Below are positions 56,314-64,000 of a DNA stretch of 64,000 nt, piece by piece. Each line of letters opens with the position of its first letter. Position 1 is the first letter of the stretch. The stretch comes from Candidatus Omnitrophota bacterium (GTDB lineage: Bacteria > Omnitrophota > Gorgyraeia > Zapsychrales > Zapsychraceae): the NCBI GenBank assembly GCA_015232535.1, contig JADFZM010000001.1:35263-99262 (forward strand), written 5' to 3'. The notes below the pieces were generated by a model. It worked only from the letters and a program-made list of their open reading frames with translations, was not told where the DNA came from and searched no databases. The translations under genes and the position numbers were made by a program.

Positions 56314-56613
56314 TTACTTTTTAACAATTTGTTCTATGCTTGCCATGCTGCTATTCTTGGGATCAAATTTGACCTCTCGAATATTTTTCTTAATATCCAA
56401 AGAGCTCCGTGATGTCCCAGGGAGATAAATCGTTCCGTTATTGAAATCAACAGCATAGGCAATGATGCCAGCGATAAGGAAGAATAATAATCCGATCCCA
56501 TCCAGCACAGCAACTCCGGCATCAATTTTACCGCTTTTTTGCCATTTCCGTTCAGGGTACATAATGGTCCCACAACCCGCTAATTGAAAAACTAAAACAG
56601 CACAGACGAGCAC
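56314..56613 (-). CDS. Hypothetical lipoprotein
   Basis: Lipobox LAGCG after a hydrophobic leader. Confidence 0.35.
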   Translation of the reverse strand: MLVCAVLVFQLAGCGTIMYPERKWQKSGKIDAGVAVLDGIGLLFFLIAGIIAYAVDFNNGTIYLPGTSRSSLDIKKNIREVKFDPKNSSMASIEQIVKK

Positions 56614-56663
56614 ATAAAATGTCTTACCTGTTTTTTAGCATACTCCATCCTCCTTTTGTTTGT

Positions 56664-56942
56664 TCATTTCAGGCCTTGCGGCCCATATCTATATAGCGTA
56701 CAAACACAATCTATATAGCCACACCGGTTACAAGGACGCTCTTCGCCTTCATTCTCTATCTTTTGAAATGAATCGATATGGCTCTTTTCATTACTGAGAA
56801 TTAACTCAAGGAACTCCGCTATTTCTCCTCCCTCATATCTTTCGGAAATTTTCATACTCTCCGCTCCTTTTTTAATTTGGCAATAGCGTCTTCTCGCTAT
56901 GTCATAATATCTACGCCAGTTAAACGCCTTTCCCTGTCCCAT
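56664..56942 (-). CDS. Hypothetical small Cys-rich protein
   Basis: CNRCGYIDCVC cluster; overlaps the REC gene start region. Confidence 0.3.
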   Translation of the reverse strand: MGQGKAFNWRRYYDIARRRYCQIKKGAESMKISERYEGGEIAEFLELILSNEKSHIDSFQKIENEGEERPCNRCGYIDCVCTLYRYGPQGLK

Positions 56943-57325
56943 TGATTACCTTCCCTTATTTCATTCTCAATGGCCCAAAACATGTCCAGCGGGTAGAATG
57001 GTTTTTTTAGCCACCTTTTTATGCCGCAGAAATCCAATAATGATCGGAATTCATCCCTGAAAAATGCTGACATCGCGATGATCGGCATTCTTTTCGTTTC
57101 AAAGACCCGATTGATTGTTTCGGTAATTTCAAATCCATTTTTTCGGGGCATTCTTAATTCAAGCAAGATAATATCCGGCTTACTCTCGACTACGGTATCC
57201 ATAAATAAAAGCGGATCATGAACCGCGACCGGGACATAACCACCCATAGTCAAAATATTTTCAATCTCACCAAGAAATTTTTTATCATCATCGATTACAG
57301 CTACTTTTCTATTTTTCATTTTCAT
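56897..57325 (-). CDS. Stand-alone response regulator receiver domain protein
   Basis: KVAVIDDD ... IILLELRMPRKNGFE ... KP motifs. Confidence 0.8.
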   Translation of the reverse strand: MKMKNRKVAVIDDDKKFLGEIENILTMGGYVPVAVHDPLLFMDTVVESKPDIILLELRMPRKNGFEITETINRVFETKRMPIIAMSAFFRDEFRSLLDFCGIKRWLKKPFYPLDMFWAIENEIREGNQWDRERRLTGVDIMT

Positions 57326-57439
57326 GCCCCACTTTAATTGAACGTTTTATATCTTTTAGTATCCCTGATTTTGAATAACGCGTTTCATCATACGATAAAA
57401 CACCTGATACTTTATTGATGAATATGCCTCCATCTCCCG

Positions 57440-59014
57440 TTAATGTATGTGCCCAACCTGCCCTCTGGCTGACTGCAATTTTTCGAAGAACCTGTCTTTC
57501 TTGAAATTCATGTTCCATTCCTTCATGATAATCCATCCCATAAAACGAACTAAATCGTTGCGCCATGGGCGGTACCACTTCCGCCATCCCAACTTAATGT
57601 TAGTCAGAAAAAAGATCAGCCCGGGAAACAACAATATATTTAACCCAATCTTGAAGAAATATTGGAACTGATAAAACGAAGCCATAATTTTCCTGGCTGA
57701 AAGCTGCATCTCTTCTGCGCTTAAAGGGGCATCGGGTTCGAAAATCGGAAAATTGCCGTCATAATATTCCCAGCCCACTTCTTGAAGAGCATAAACCCTT
57801 TTTTGACGTTTTAATCTTTCCCTCAATTGTGTCCCCGGCAATGGGATCGGGTTTAATATTTGGATTGTATCCAGCCGTGCCCTTCTAATAAATTGCCGAT
57901 AGCGCTTAACCCTCTCTTGGGCTGTCATTTTAAAGGAGACACCTTCCGGCATGGGATACCCGAAAATAAACATCCCATGCACTAAAAATCCATATTTGTG
58001 AAATATTTTTGTAAAAGACAACATGTCTTCAGGTTTTATAAGCTTATTCATCGCTTTCAATTCTTCGGCAATCGGAGATTCAAATCCAATTGCTACCGTA
58101 TTAATTCCTGCTTGGCGCATGCTTAAAAGGAGTTCGCTGTCTTTAGCCTTATCCAACCTTATCTGCGCCGTAAAATCCAGCCGCAGACGGATTTGTCTTT
58201 GGTAATCTCTAAGTTTATAACAAAATTGGATTGTATCATCCCTATGTTGCCCAAAAAGGTCATCAACGATAAAAAAGTGCCGGGCATCCCGTGTTTCGAC
58301 CAAAAGCCTGATTTGTTCCAAGAAGCGCTCAGGACATGCTGCCCGCGGTTTGCCCTTAACGGTGCAGAACTCACAATCCATGCCGCATCCCCGGATACGC
58401 TCGACAGGATAAATCTTTATCTTGGCATACCGAACCAACGAAAAATTCGGCATAGGCAGTTTGTCAAAATCGCTCAAGGGTACTCTGGGATGTGTGGTAA
58501 TCATTTCTCTATTTCTTAAAAACGCAATGCCCCTGACCTGAGCAATATCCCGTCTGCCTTCGATCCCTTCTAAAAGCTCTTTAACCGTTTCTTCACCCTC
58601 ACCGATAACAACGTAATCAATGCCGTGTGTCAGAGCTTCAATGATATTTTCACCCACAAAATGCTGCCCTCCGGCAATCGTGACTGCCCCTTTGCTTTTG
58701 TAAAAAAGTGCGATCTCGTAAAGCCGCGGAATTGTGCTGGTTAAACCGCCATAAAATCCAACGACATCCGCAGGCCTTTGTTGTTGTAAAAACTCGTGGT
58801 CGGCTCCGCCCTGTTTTCTTTTTGGCCCATATCTGCGGAGATTATTTTCATCAATCATTTCAGCATCCCAATTATTCATTTTATTAACGGCTGTCGCTAC
58901 ATACACAGGGCCTAACGCAGTCGTCTTGGATGCAATATTGGAATAGATATTAAATGCCGGATAGGCCGGCGCGATAACTCGAAACCTGTATCTTTTTTTT
59001 GCTCTGTCCAGCAT
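57440..59014 (-). CDS. B12-binding domain radical SAM protein (class B)
   Basis: N-terminal cobalamin-binding Rossmann region then CxxxCxxC (CGMDCEFC); hydrophobic C-terminal tail. A second frame (57309-57587) overlaps the 3-prime end, so a frameshift is possible. Confidence 0.75.
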   Translation of the reverse strand: MLDRAKKRYRFRVIAPAYPAFNIYSNIASKTTALGPVYVATAVNKMNNWDAEMIDENNLRRYGPKRKQGGADHEFLQQQRPADVVGFYGGLTSTIPRLYEIALFYKSKGAVTIAGGQHFVGENIIEALTHGIDYVVIGEGEETVKELLEGIEGRRDIAQVRGIAFLRNREMITTHPRVPLSDFDKLPMPNFSLVRYAKIKIYPVERIRGCGMDCEFCTVKGKPRAACPERFLEQIRLLVETRDARHFFIVDDLFGQHRDDTIQFCYKLRDYQRQIRLRLDFTAQIRLDKAKDSELLLSMRQAGINTVAIGFESPIAEELKAMNKLIKPEDMLSFTKIFHKYGFLVHGMFIFGYPMPEGVSFKMTAQERVKRYRQFIRRARLDTIQILNPIPLPGTQLRERLKRQKRVYALQEVGWEYYDGNFPIFEPDAPLSAEEMQLSARKIMASFYQFQYFFKIGLNILLFPGLIFFLTNIKLGWRKWYRPWRNDLVRFMGWIIMKEWNMNFKKDRFFEKLQSARGQVGHIH

Positions 59015-59037
59015 AATTAACCTCCTTATTATGGTGC

Positions 59038-59289
59038 TTATTCAAAAACAAAAACAACTTTCATTGCAGGCGCAATCATACAAATTCCGTCATTAAACAG
59101 ATCTTTTGCTCCACCTACCACCGCGGCGCCTTTTTTGATATCAAAGATGTTTGGTGCCATTTTTTTGCAGAAAACAATGCAATGATTAGGTTCTTTCTGA
59201 GCGTTTTCAATTTCTTCAAAAGATTTGGCGGGAATAATCCTTCGGTAAAAAGCTTCTGCTTTGTAATCTACCATGATTTTCCTTTCCAT
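59038..59289 (-). CDS. Hypothetical protein
   Basis: ORF only; 83 aa. Confidence 0.3.
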   Translation of the reverse strand: MERKIMVDYKAEAFYRRIIPAKSFEEIENAQKEPNHCIVFCKKMAPNIFDIKKGAAVVGGAKDLFNDGICMIAPAMKVVFVFE

Positions 59290-59607
59290 GGATTAGGTTC
59301 TCCTTATTTAAGATACTGTTTAAACAGCATCCTGCGAATACATGACAGTGATGCCTTGTGAAAGAGCCGATGCAGCTACATAAATCGCCCCATTCCCTTT
59401 GGGGCAAACTCCAAGCATATCATCAAGAAAATATTATTTCTGTTTTCAAACTGATGCCTGCATTCTGAACATTGAATTGTGTAATTTGAACATTGCAAAT
59501 GACAACCGCATATGTGCATATCTATTCCCCTCCGTCGTTTAAACAAAAAAGATTCTCTTTTTATCCCTAAGAAAGTTGCTTTTCAATATAAAGGCTTAAT
59601 TAACCTC

Positions 59608-59751
59608 TTACTTTGTCGCAGCTTTATTTGATCCTCTCGTAATCCAATGTCCAACGGTGGCGATATCATCACCAATACCTCTTAAGGTGCCACAACCAAC
59701 AACCGTCGTAAGCAATAATCCAACCAGAACAAACAAGGTTATTCTTTTCAT
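59608..59751 (-). CDS. Unannotated entericidin-like small lipoprotein (47 aa)
   Basis: MKRITLFVLVGLLLTTVVGCGTLRGIGDDIATVGHWITRGSNKAATK; lipobox VVGC plus the GxGxDI entericidin core; RBS AGGAGAA upstream. Confidence 0.5.
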   Translation of the reverse strand: MKRITLFVLVGLLLTTVVGCGTLRGIGDDIATVGHWITRGSNKAATK

Positions 59752-60010
59752 CGTGTTCTCCTGTCTTGCAACCTGAGTTTGTAAAATTTAAGACTCCCTC
59801 ATCTAATAGTTATATCGCCAACGTTGCCCACAACACCAAGTGGCGGCAATAATAATCATAACAACATTCAGAACCGACTTGATTTTGCCGTCCATGGGTA
59901 TCTACGTATTAACCGCCCATAGAAGCACCCCAGCAGTAATTAAAGCAATAACATTGGAGATTAAGGACATTTGCCTACCCTCTTTTGGCTTAGCCAGCTT
60001 TGAGTGTTAA

Positions 60011-60244
60011 TTATTTCAACAGTGAACCCCTCTGAATCTGGTCTTTACGGATGTTGTATTCTTGCTGATTAATCTTTCCATTTTTCAATTCTTCATCAAG
60101 TAATTTCATTTGCCGCTCGGCCTGAATTTCATATCCAGCTCCTGCGCCTAAAGCTCCGGCACCAGCACCACCCCAAAATTGTCCGCTACAGCCCAGGAGA
60201 GTTATTCCCAAAAGCAATACCAGTAAACCTTGAGCTTTTCTCAT
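60011..60244 (-). CDS. Small lipoprotein with glycine-zipper segment
   Basis: Lipobox LLGCS, GGAGAGALGAGAG zipper, then a coiled basic tail. Confidence 0.5.
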   Translation of the reverse strand: MRKAQGLLVLLLGITLLGCSGQFWGGAGAGALGAGAGYEIQAERQMKLLDEELKNGKINQQEYNIRKDQIQRGSLLK

Positions 60245-60280
60245 TGATATCCTCCTTAATTTTGTTTTGTTGATATCCCC

Positions 60281-60421
60281 TTAATCATTATGATCCACGG
60301 TCCTTTGAATGCTTCCTCCCGCATTCTCTACATCTTTTCCCACGCCTCGTAGCATGTTACAGCCCAAAACTGCGGTTATTAAAACTAGAACCGTTATGAA
60401 TAACATAAAATTAATTTTCAT
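60281..60421 (-). CDS. Unannotated entericidin-like small lipoprotein (46 aa)
   Basis: MKINFMLFITVLVLITAVLGCNMLRGVGKDVENAGGSIQRTVDHND; GGAGGG RBS upstream. Confidence 0.5.
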   Translation of the reverse strand: MKINFMLFITVLVLITAVLGCNMLRGVGKDVENAGGSIQRTVDHND

Positions 60422-60949
60422 TCCCTTGCCCTCCTGTACGCCTTATTAACAAAACAAACCAATTCATGGTCATTAAAGGGCTTTGAGTGCATAACACACT
60501 AACTCATTATCATCCACAATATAAATTAGTTTCTTGCCTGTGGATATTTCGCTAGACTTCGCAATCTGTAATTCATCTAATTGCATAATTGTATTTTAGG
60601 GGAGGGCGAAACTAAATCAATTATACCGAGGTATAACCCATAATTTCGATATCTCGGCTGATAAAAAGATGTAACTTTTGGATCGCGAGAGAGGTTATTA
60701 CTTTAGTAAGAGATTTCGAGGATGCTCAGTTGGGATAAAATTTTACGTTAATAGTGCTAAAATTAAATAAGAACGTCTGCCAAAATTATTGCGGGGAAAA
60801 CAACATGAACCCTACAGGGATGCCACAAATTTGGCAACAGGCTTTCGTCCAGCTAAACATAGGGTTGGGTTATATGGATAGTTCCGCATTGGGTCGAGGT
60901 TGATCTTGCTTGGCATAATCGTCTGCGCCTTGATTCTCGCAATTTTGAA

Positions 60950-61250
60950 ATCCTAAAAACAATCCTGAAAGAGCCAGGCCTGCTATTCGCAGCTAACCAT
61001 TATGATGAAACTGACCACGAAATCTGCATTGAGCTTTCCCCGCCGTTCACATCGTCAATTCGCCTACATGATGAATCCTGAAGCTTTCGAGGAATGGCAT
61101 GGGTTAGCCGGGTGGGGGATGCAACGTTTGGGATGTTTTTCCGTAGAAAGAGGCGGCAGTGGCCAAGCTGCAAAGCCTCATGCGATGGACGTTGTCAAAA
61201 AGGGGATGCCCTGATCATGTTTCCGGAAGTAGAAATCTCTATTTAAATGA
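60950..61250 (+). pseudogene. Remnant of a PlsC-family (lysophospholipid) acyltransferase, multiply frameshifted
   Basis: LLFAANHYDETDHE (HxxxxD motif) in one frame, GCFSVERGG ... VVKKGMP in a second, LIMFPE (FPEG-like) in a third; only plus-strand feature; GC above local average. Confidence 0.35.
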
Positions 61251-61355
61251 CCCCTCCGAGGCGCTAAAACACAAGAAATAATTAAAATATAATAGATACT
61301 AAAGTCTGTTGCTGTGACAAAAGCACCTGCAATTAAAAATCGGATTATTTGTTTT

Positions 61356-62789
61356 TTAGTCTTCGTAGTACAGTTTTCCTGACCGGATGATTCCTTCGAG
61401 TTCTCTTGCCGATCCCCGAACCGTTCGTTCCTGCGTTAAATAATTCACCTCTATTAATCCAAAACGCGGGACAAATCCTTCAGCCCATTCATAATTATCC
61501 AACAACGACCAGTAGAGATAACCGATCACGGGAACCCCCTCTTCTTTCGCCTGTGCAACCGCTTTAAGATGTTCGACGATAAAACTTACTCTCTCGGCAT
61601 CATCGTTTGTAGCAATGCCATTTTCTGAAATCAAAAGAGGCAGTTTATACCTCGAGAAATCCTTAAGAAACGTATACAACCCTTTCGGATAAATATCCCA
61701 CGAAAGAAAATTGTCTTTGCCCGTATGCCGATCGTGCGCTACTGTCGCCGTGCAGGCCTGGCCCAAAATTCCCGGGAATCCAAATCCATTATGGAGGACA
61801 AAATCTCGCGTATAATAATTTAGGCCAATGAAATCTAGAGTTTTTGCTTTGGACAAGTGGATATTGAAAAGTCCGATGCAATAGGCTTTTCCCCGGATCA
61901 AAGCTTGGACAAATAAATGATTAAACATCCAATGCCGAAAACGCGCCGCAATCCGATCCCTTAAAGAAGTATCTGAACAAGCCCTAAATATGAGCACACT
62001 CTGAGCAATCCCTACTTTGGATTCCTTCCAACCTTTTCGAGTATAAGTTTCTTTGATCTTTTCATACGCTAGAACATGGCCGCGGAGTAAATTTTCAAAT
62101 ACTTTAATAGCTTCTTTGGGTGACTTCACCCCGGGTGGCCATTCGCCAACCATATAACCTTTATACGTATAAACGACGGGTTCATTTAAGGTCATCCAAT
62201 AATGAACATCACCGCCTAAAGCTTCGGTCACTTTCTGGGTGTATCGGGCGAATAGTTCTGGCGTTTTCTGTGAAGACCACCCACCCTGGCGCTCCAACCA
62301 TAAAGGAAGCGTAAAATGATTCAACGTTACAATTGGCTCTATGCCTTTTGATCTAAGCGAGGCAATAACCTGCCCGTAATGACTAAGAGCTACATTGTCC
62401 CATTGACCTTCCTGAGGCTCAATGCGGCTCCACTCAATGGAGAAACGGTGTGCGGTATGACCTAAAGTTTGGGCAAGCTTAAAATCCTCCTCAAAACGAT
62501 TCCAATGATCACAAGCCTGGCCCGAACGCGCTTGAGGGATACGGGTTTGTTCCCACTCCCACCAATCATTATTGGTATTGTTTCCTTCGACCTGGTGCGA
62601 GGAAGTGGCGGCACCCCATAAGAAGTCTTTGGGAAAGGTAAATTCGTGCGGTCTCTTTTCTGTTATCGTTTTATGAGTATTCGCACAACCCACTCCCATA
62701 GAAATAAAAATAAATAACGCGAGGCATGTATGGACAATCCTTAGTTTTCTTATAATATTCGATATCTGCCACATATTTTGTGCTGTCAT
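61356..62789 (-). CDS. Glycoside hydrolase family 1 beta-glucosidase, secreted/lipoprotein form
   Basis: Acid/base TLNEP and nucleophile ISENG motifs; N-terminal signal with Cys (GVGCANTHK). Confidence 0.85.
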   Translation of the reverse strand: MTAQNMWQISNIIRKLRIVHTCLALFIFISMGVGCANTHKTITEKRPHEFTFPKDFLWGAATSSHQVEGNNTNNDWWEWEQTRIPQARSGQACDHWNRFEEDFKLAQTLGHTAHRFSIEWSRIEPQEGQWDNVALSHYGQVIASLRSKGIEPIVTLNHFTLPLWLERQGGWSSQKTPELFARYTQKVTEALGGDVHYWMTLNEPVVYTYKGYMVGEWPPGVKSPKEAIKVFENLLRGHVLAYEKIKETYTRKGWKESKVGIAQSVLIFRACSDTSLRDRIAARFRHWMFNHLFVQALIRGKAYCIGLFNIHLSKAKTLDFIGLNYYTRDFVLHNGFGFPGILGQACTATVAHDRHTGKDNFLSWDIYPKGLYTFLKDFSRYKLPLLISENGIATNDDAERVSFIVEHLKAVAQAKEEGVPVIGYLYWSLLDNYEWAEGFVPRFGLIEVNYLTQERTVRGSARELEGIIRSGKLYYED

Positions 62790-63020
62790 CCACTATTGTC
62801 TTCCTCTACAGCCGCCTATGTTGTTTGCTAATTACGAAATAGCACTACATGCGGACTAAGTGGCTGTGATCTTTCGTGCGGCCATACGATTCCTGTCTCT
62901 TATATGCCCACCGAGTGCTTTTCCGGCCTGACGTTGTAGTGACGGCCTTTTGTTTTCCTTGTGATTTTTCTTTCTCATTTTGCTCACTTGATTTGCAGCA
63001 ACTATCGTTTTTCATTCTTT

Positions 63021-63680
63021 TTATTGTCGGGTAGTGGTTGTGGTTGTCGTTGTAGTTGTACTCGTAACGGCTGGTGAGTACAGCGTAATATAACGTGCTT
63101 GTTTCTTCCCTATCTTTTCCACGAATTCAACCTTTACGACATCGCCGGGTTTTAGCAGTAATTCTACCGGCTGCTTGCTTGGGCTGTGCATAACAACTAT
63201 GGTTTTGGGGTCAAAAACAAAATCGGACGGCATATTTATTTCATCTTGGCCAATCCTTACTCTTTCTTCAACGACAAACGTTCCCGCTGCGATGTCTAGA
63301 GCCTTAATCTCGCCAAAGGCTTGCTGGAACTCAGACGCCGGGATGGGCTCAACGATGATCTTCGGGACAATTCTATCCTCTTGGCCAATGACTTCTTCGA
63401 TGGTGATAATCTGGCCTGCCCGTAAGTCCGTGACGTTCAAGAACTTTTCATCCATAGGGTCAGTGACCCACGTTTCATTCTGATTAATTCGATACGCTGA
63501 TGTTTTCGTGCCTTTCGGTGTTTCTTTATTGAGCTCTAACCTGCCCAGCTGAATATCGACCCATCCAATTTCACCTGATACGCGGCGCACATTCTCTGCC
63601 TGAGCAGAGCCTACCGAAATGCCAGTGAATAAAGTCGCGGCAGTAACCGCGAAAAATACTTTTAAATAATTTACATTCAT
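63021..63680 (-). CDS. Secreted hypothetical protein with C-terminal poly-Thr tail
   Basis: Signal peptide (FTGISVGSAQA), ends TSTTTTTTTTTTRQ encoded by an ACN repeat at about 63030-63070. Confidence 0.5.
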   Translation of the reverse strand: MNVNYLKVFFAVTAATLFTGISVGSAQAENVRRVSGEIGWVDIQLGRLELNKETPKGTKTSAYRINQNETWVTDPMDEKFLNVTDLRAGQIITIEEVIGQEDRIVPKIIVEPIPASEFQQAFGEIKALDIAAGTFVVEERVRIGQDEINMPSDFVFDPKTIVVMHSPSKQPVELLLKPGDVVKVEFVEKIGKKQARYITLYSPAVTSTTTTTTTTTTRQ

Positions 63681-64000
63681 GGAACACCTTCCTTTCCCTT
63701 GTTTTGGTTAGCTGTGACACATCCATCTTGAAAAGAATGGCCTGTCTCTTTTTTGAACTTCTCATTGACCCGACTTTCTCATTTGTCTCGCATCCCCTCC
63801 TTTTTCTTTTTTGTTTTCTCTGCTTCTTTTTCGGCTCGTTTTTTAGCTTTGATATTTTTATTAGCTTTATTGTTGTATACTTCCCCGCTGCGTTTAAATT
63901 TTGCATTTTCGTTAGCATGCTCATACGCCGATACATTGGGATTATGTCTCTTTTTGTTTTGGGCTTTTTTTAATTTCTTTTTTGCTTTCGCTTCCTTTTT

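Noticed and set aside
57309-57587. 92 aa ORF as an independent gene
   Set aside because: It overlaps both the radical SAM 3-prime end and the REC gene start. It is more likely an alternative frame or frameshift artefact than a separate protein.
63571-63936. 121 aa ORF-track call near the window end
   Set aside because: It overlaps the 5-prime part of the poly-Thr protein gene and competes with a compositionally more coherent Lys-rich frame that runs off the window. It is probably spurious.

Overview
The window is AT-rich (roughly 40% GC by eye), bacterial, and tightly packed. Every supportable gene but one lies on the minus strand; the exception is a plus-strand acyltransferase remnant near 60.9-61.3 kb. 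I found no rRNA, tRNA or CRISPR.

The central observation is a candidate magnetosome-type biomineralisation locus at about 0.1-22 kb. Two adjacent membrane proteins carry three copies of a short c-type heme motif, (S/T)-P-H-x-Y/S-R-G/N-x-C-x-x-C-H, which resembles the magnetochrome domain of MamP/E/T/X. One has PDZ-PDZ plus two motifs; the other is a 510 aa chimera. They sit beside an HtrA-type protease with an intact H-D-S triad (MamE-like), an extra PDZ protein, an unannotated 56 aa two-helix ORF that looks MamI-like, and a small Mms6-like acidic peptide. Also adjacent are fixCX-type redox genes and an HTH plus Cys-rich regulator behind a 667 bp AT-rich leader.

Immediately downstream and co-directional is one long overlapping operon. 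It encodes the complete siroheme-dependent (alternative, ahb-type) heme pathway: sirC, a ccsA/hemX-like gene, hemA, hemC, cobA-hemD, two NirJ-like radical SAM genes, hemB, two siroheme decarboxylase subunits and hemL. Its last genes are two tandem CDF transporters of 317 and 296 aa, followed by a TPR protein and a LemA protein. This order resembles MamM/B-MamA-MamQ.

Further along (23-34 kb) is a signalling block: a hybrid Cache-PAS histidine kinase, a substrate-binding protein, Hpt, a K+ channel, REC, and a CHASE2-PP2C/RsbW/RsbV partner-switching set. It surrounds two tandem MamK-like actin genes, each next to a paralogous lysine-rich small protein with a conserved C-terminal motif.

From 36-47 kb there is an iron module (Fur with autoregulatory box, Fur-boxed feoA-feoA-feoB plus a Cys-rich peptide, and a Fur-boxed 39 aa ORF), then pstSCAB and a P2-type cation ATPase. 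The last 16 kb is more accessory in character. It holds a decayed histidine kinase, a GC-rich islet with pseudogenised VIT1 and DUF2062 genes, a Met-rich periplasmic protein, ferredoxin, a ferritin-like protein, a DnaK-family Hsp70, a B12-radical SAM protein, unannotated entericidin-like lipoproteins and a GH1 beta-glucosidase.

All functional calls are by eye from motifs. The magnetochrome, MamI and Mms6 assignments are inferences that need profile searches.
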